Source: Chiloscyllium plagiosum
Taxonomy: Eukaryota
Length of the DNA stretch: 20,000 bases
Direction of reading: 5' to 3'
Assembly: GCF_004010195.1 (NCBI RefSeq)
Contig: NC_057728.1
Coordinates: 51,570,200 to 51,590,199, forward strand
The stretch's first letter is position 1; each line of letters starts with the position of its first letter. This document shows, piece by piece, positions 19,901 through 20,000 of this stretch. The notes under the pieces were generated by a model. It saw nothing but the letters and a program-made list of their open reading frames with translations. It had not been told where the DNA came from and searched no databases. The position numbers were made by a program, and so were the translations under genes.

Positions 19901-20000
19901 CAGACTCCTGGCCTCAGCGTGGACCCAGACTCCTGGCCTCAGCGTGGACCCAGACTCCTGGCCTCAGCGTGGACCCAGACTCCTGGCCTCAGCATGGACT
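16966..20000. repeat. 24/25-bp GC-rich minisatellite, more than 3 kb, running off the window
   Basis: Units include cctcagtgtggactggaatcccgg (24 bp), ggacccagactcccagcctcagcgt (25 bp) and ggacccagactcctggcctcagcgt (25 bp), about 120 copies head to tail. Confidence 0.98.

Noticed and set aside
16966..20000. CRISPR-like array
   Set aside because: Units are head to tail with no unique spacers, there are no cas genes, and the context is vertebrate.

Overview
Eukaryotic, transposon-dense DNA, almost certainly from a cartilaginous fish (shark): it carries an HE1-type SINE, HER1/CR1 LINE pieces and a Deu-domain SINE. I recognise no intact gene, and there is no CRISPR array or prokaryotic content. 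Bases 1-16965 are a mosaic of decayed CR1, RTE and L2 LINEs, tRNA-derived SINEs, a solo LTR and about ten short Penelope-like element (PLE) pieces. Several PLE pieces are fold-back hairpins with target-site duplications (TSDs). They carry minimal type I hammerhead ribozyme motifs (CUGAUGA-stem II-GAAA plus palindromic ACGU or AGCU), four with an intact catalytic core (2627-2666 +, 9272-9307 -, 13683-13717 +, 15240-15274 -). PLE truncation and fold-back points cluster at the ribozyme, and one PLE inserted into another PLE's ribozyme site. Also present: a LINE-associated local inverted duplication, one or two candidate minus-strand exons of an unidentified host gene, and a 24/25-bp minisatellite (16966 to window end) with a polar homogenisation gradient. 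All family calls come from motif recognition by eye; no database search was run.
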